Of a DNA stretch of 64,000 bases, positions 63,327 to 64,000 are shown piece after piece. The translations under genes and the position numbers were made by a program. Where the stretch lies: the IMG/VR virus record IMGVR_UViG_3300038443_001578, positions 19,804 through 83,803 of that record; one strand, 5' to 3'. The first letter of the stretch is position 1. Each line of letters opens with the position of its first letter. The DNA comes from a virus. Below the pieces are notes generated by a model. It was given only the letters and a program-made list of their open reading frames with translations, made no database searches and was not told where the DNA came from.

Positions 63327-63677
63327 TTACCGCCTGCCCGATAGCACAGTCGCAACGTAGATTTCGGACGGTGCTTGATCGAAGTACTTGAAAAGCGCTG
63401 GGCACAGCCACCCGTCCATGCCCCACTGATCAACGCGGTAGGTATTGCCCCCGAATTCCTCTCGAACCCACTTCAAGCAATGCTGGTATCCACGGAACGG
63501 AGTCGCAGAGAATATCAGAGTAAATCCGCTATCCGCATCAGGCAAATCGCACGTCAAGCGGTCGATGATTTCGGTGGCTCCTCCGACGAACGGTTCGGCG
63601 CGAAGTCCCACCCGATCATCGTCAAAGACCCAAACACTGCCGCTCTTGTAGGGATGGATTACATGGATGGAGTTCAC
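63327..63677 (-). CDS. DUF6717-like protein
   Basis: NSI.VI.PY...WVFDD..VGL..EPFV.G....GWLCPALFKYF..AP.EIYV. Confidence 0.75.
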   Translation of the reverse strand: MNSIHVIHPYKSGSVWVFDDDRVGLRAEPFVGGATEIIDRLTCDLPDADSGFTLIFSATPFRGYQHCLKWVREEFGGNTYRVDQWGMDGWLCPALFKYFDQAPSEIYVATVLSGRR

Positions 63678-64000
63678 GCTGCAACCTCTTCGCGCTCGGC
63701 CTCTGTCAGCGGCTTTCCGTCATTGAGGGCTATTTCTCGCAGTTCCGCCGGGGCGTTCGGGTGCCGGGCGACCCCGGACCGCACATCCGAATTGCCGTCA
63801 CCGGCGAGCTTCGAGAGCAGTTCCGCCGGGGCGTTCGGGTGCCGGGCGACCCAGTACCGCACATTCCACTGGGCGTCACCGGCGAGCTTCGAGAGCAGTT
63901 CCGCCGGGGCGTTCGGGTGTTGGGCGACCCCGGACCGCACATCCGAATTGCCGTCACCGGCGAGCTTCGAGAGCAGTTCCGCCGGGGCGTTCGGGTGCCG
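63674..64000 (-). CDS. LRV/HEAT-like repeat protein (5' end beyond the window)
   Basis: VARHPNAPAELLSKLAGD 26-aa repeats; 78-nt DNA period at 63740, 63818, 63896, 63974. Confidence 0.8.
   Translation of the reverse strand, partial: RHPNAPAELLSKLAGDGNSDVRSGVAQHPNAPAELLSKLAGDAQWNVRYWVARHPNAPAELLSKLAGDGNSDVRSGVARHPNAPAELREIALNDGKPLTEAEREEVAA

Noticed and set aside
1-64000. CRISPR array, cas/RAMP gene, reverse transcriptase/DGR, integrase or transposase
   Set aside because: No repeat-spacer array with constant 25-40 nt repeats, no RT motif or TR/VR pair, and no recombinase motifs were recognised; these could lie outside the window.

Overview
The window is a contiguous, GC-rich segment of a tailed dsDNA phage or prophage with a siphovirus-like tail. 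It is truncated at both ends, and no integrase or host genes are visible. Layout: (i) 1-12.4 kb, a rightward DNA-metabolism operon with two N6/N4-type MTases, RuvC-like resolvase, DUF5131, J-domain protein, Prim-Pol/DUF3987 primase-helicase followed by an iteron origin, NDT-like protein, HNH, HAD and SSB. (ii) 12.4-17.5 kb, a divergent promoter switch, SWIM protein, second HNH, an initiator-like tRNA-Met, small ORFs including a stand-alone prepilin-like peptide, and a ParB-MTase. (iii) 17.5-48.5 kb, packaging, head, neck and tail genes, four of which unexpectedly start with Sec-type signal peptides. (iv) 48.5-56.3 kb, a Fic moron, a leftward regulatory operon and a lysis region (holin/spanin-like, PLD-family, GH25). 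(v) 56.4-64 kb, a leftward accessory operon with a truncated C5-MTase joined to a PAPS-reductase/DndC-like fragment, a TrpF-like barrel and an LRV-repeat protein. The most striking non-coding signal lies at 40.08-40.42 kb: two divergent, hairpin-terminated arrays of G(G/T)Y-NN pentamers punctuated by GGCA, including two exact 59-nt units. They look like guide RNAs with a gapped code, and no cognate effector gene is visible in this window. All protein calls come from motif recognition by eye, not database searches.
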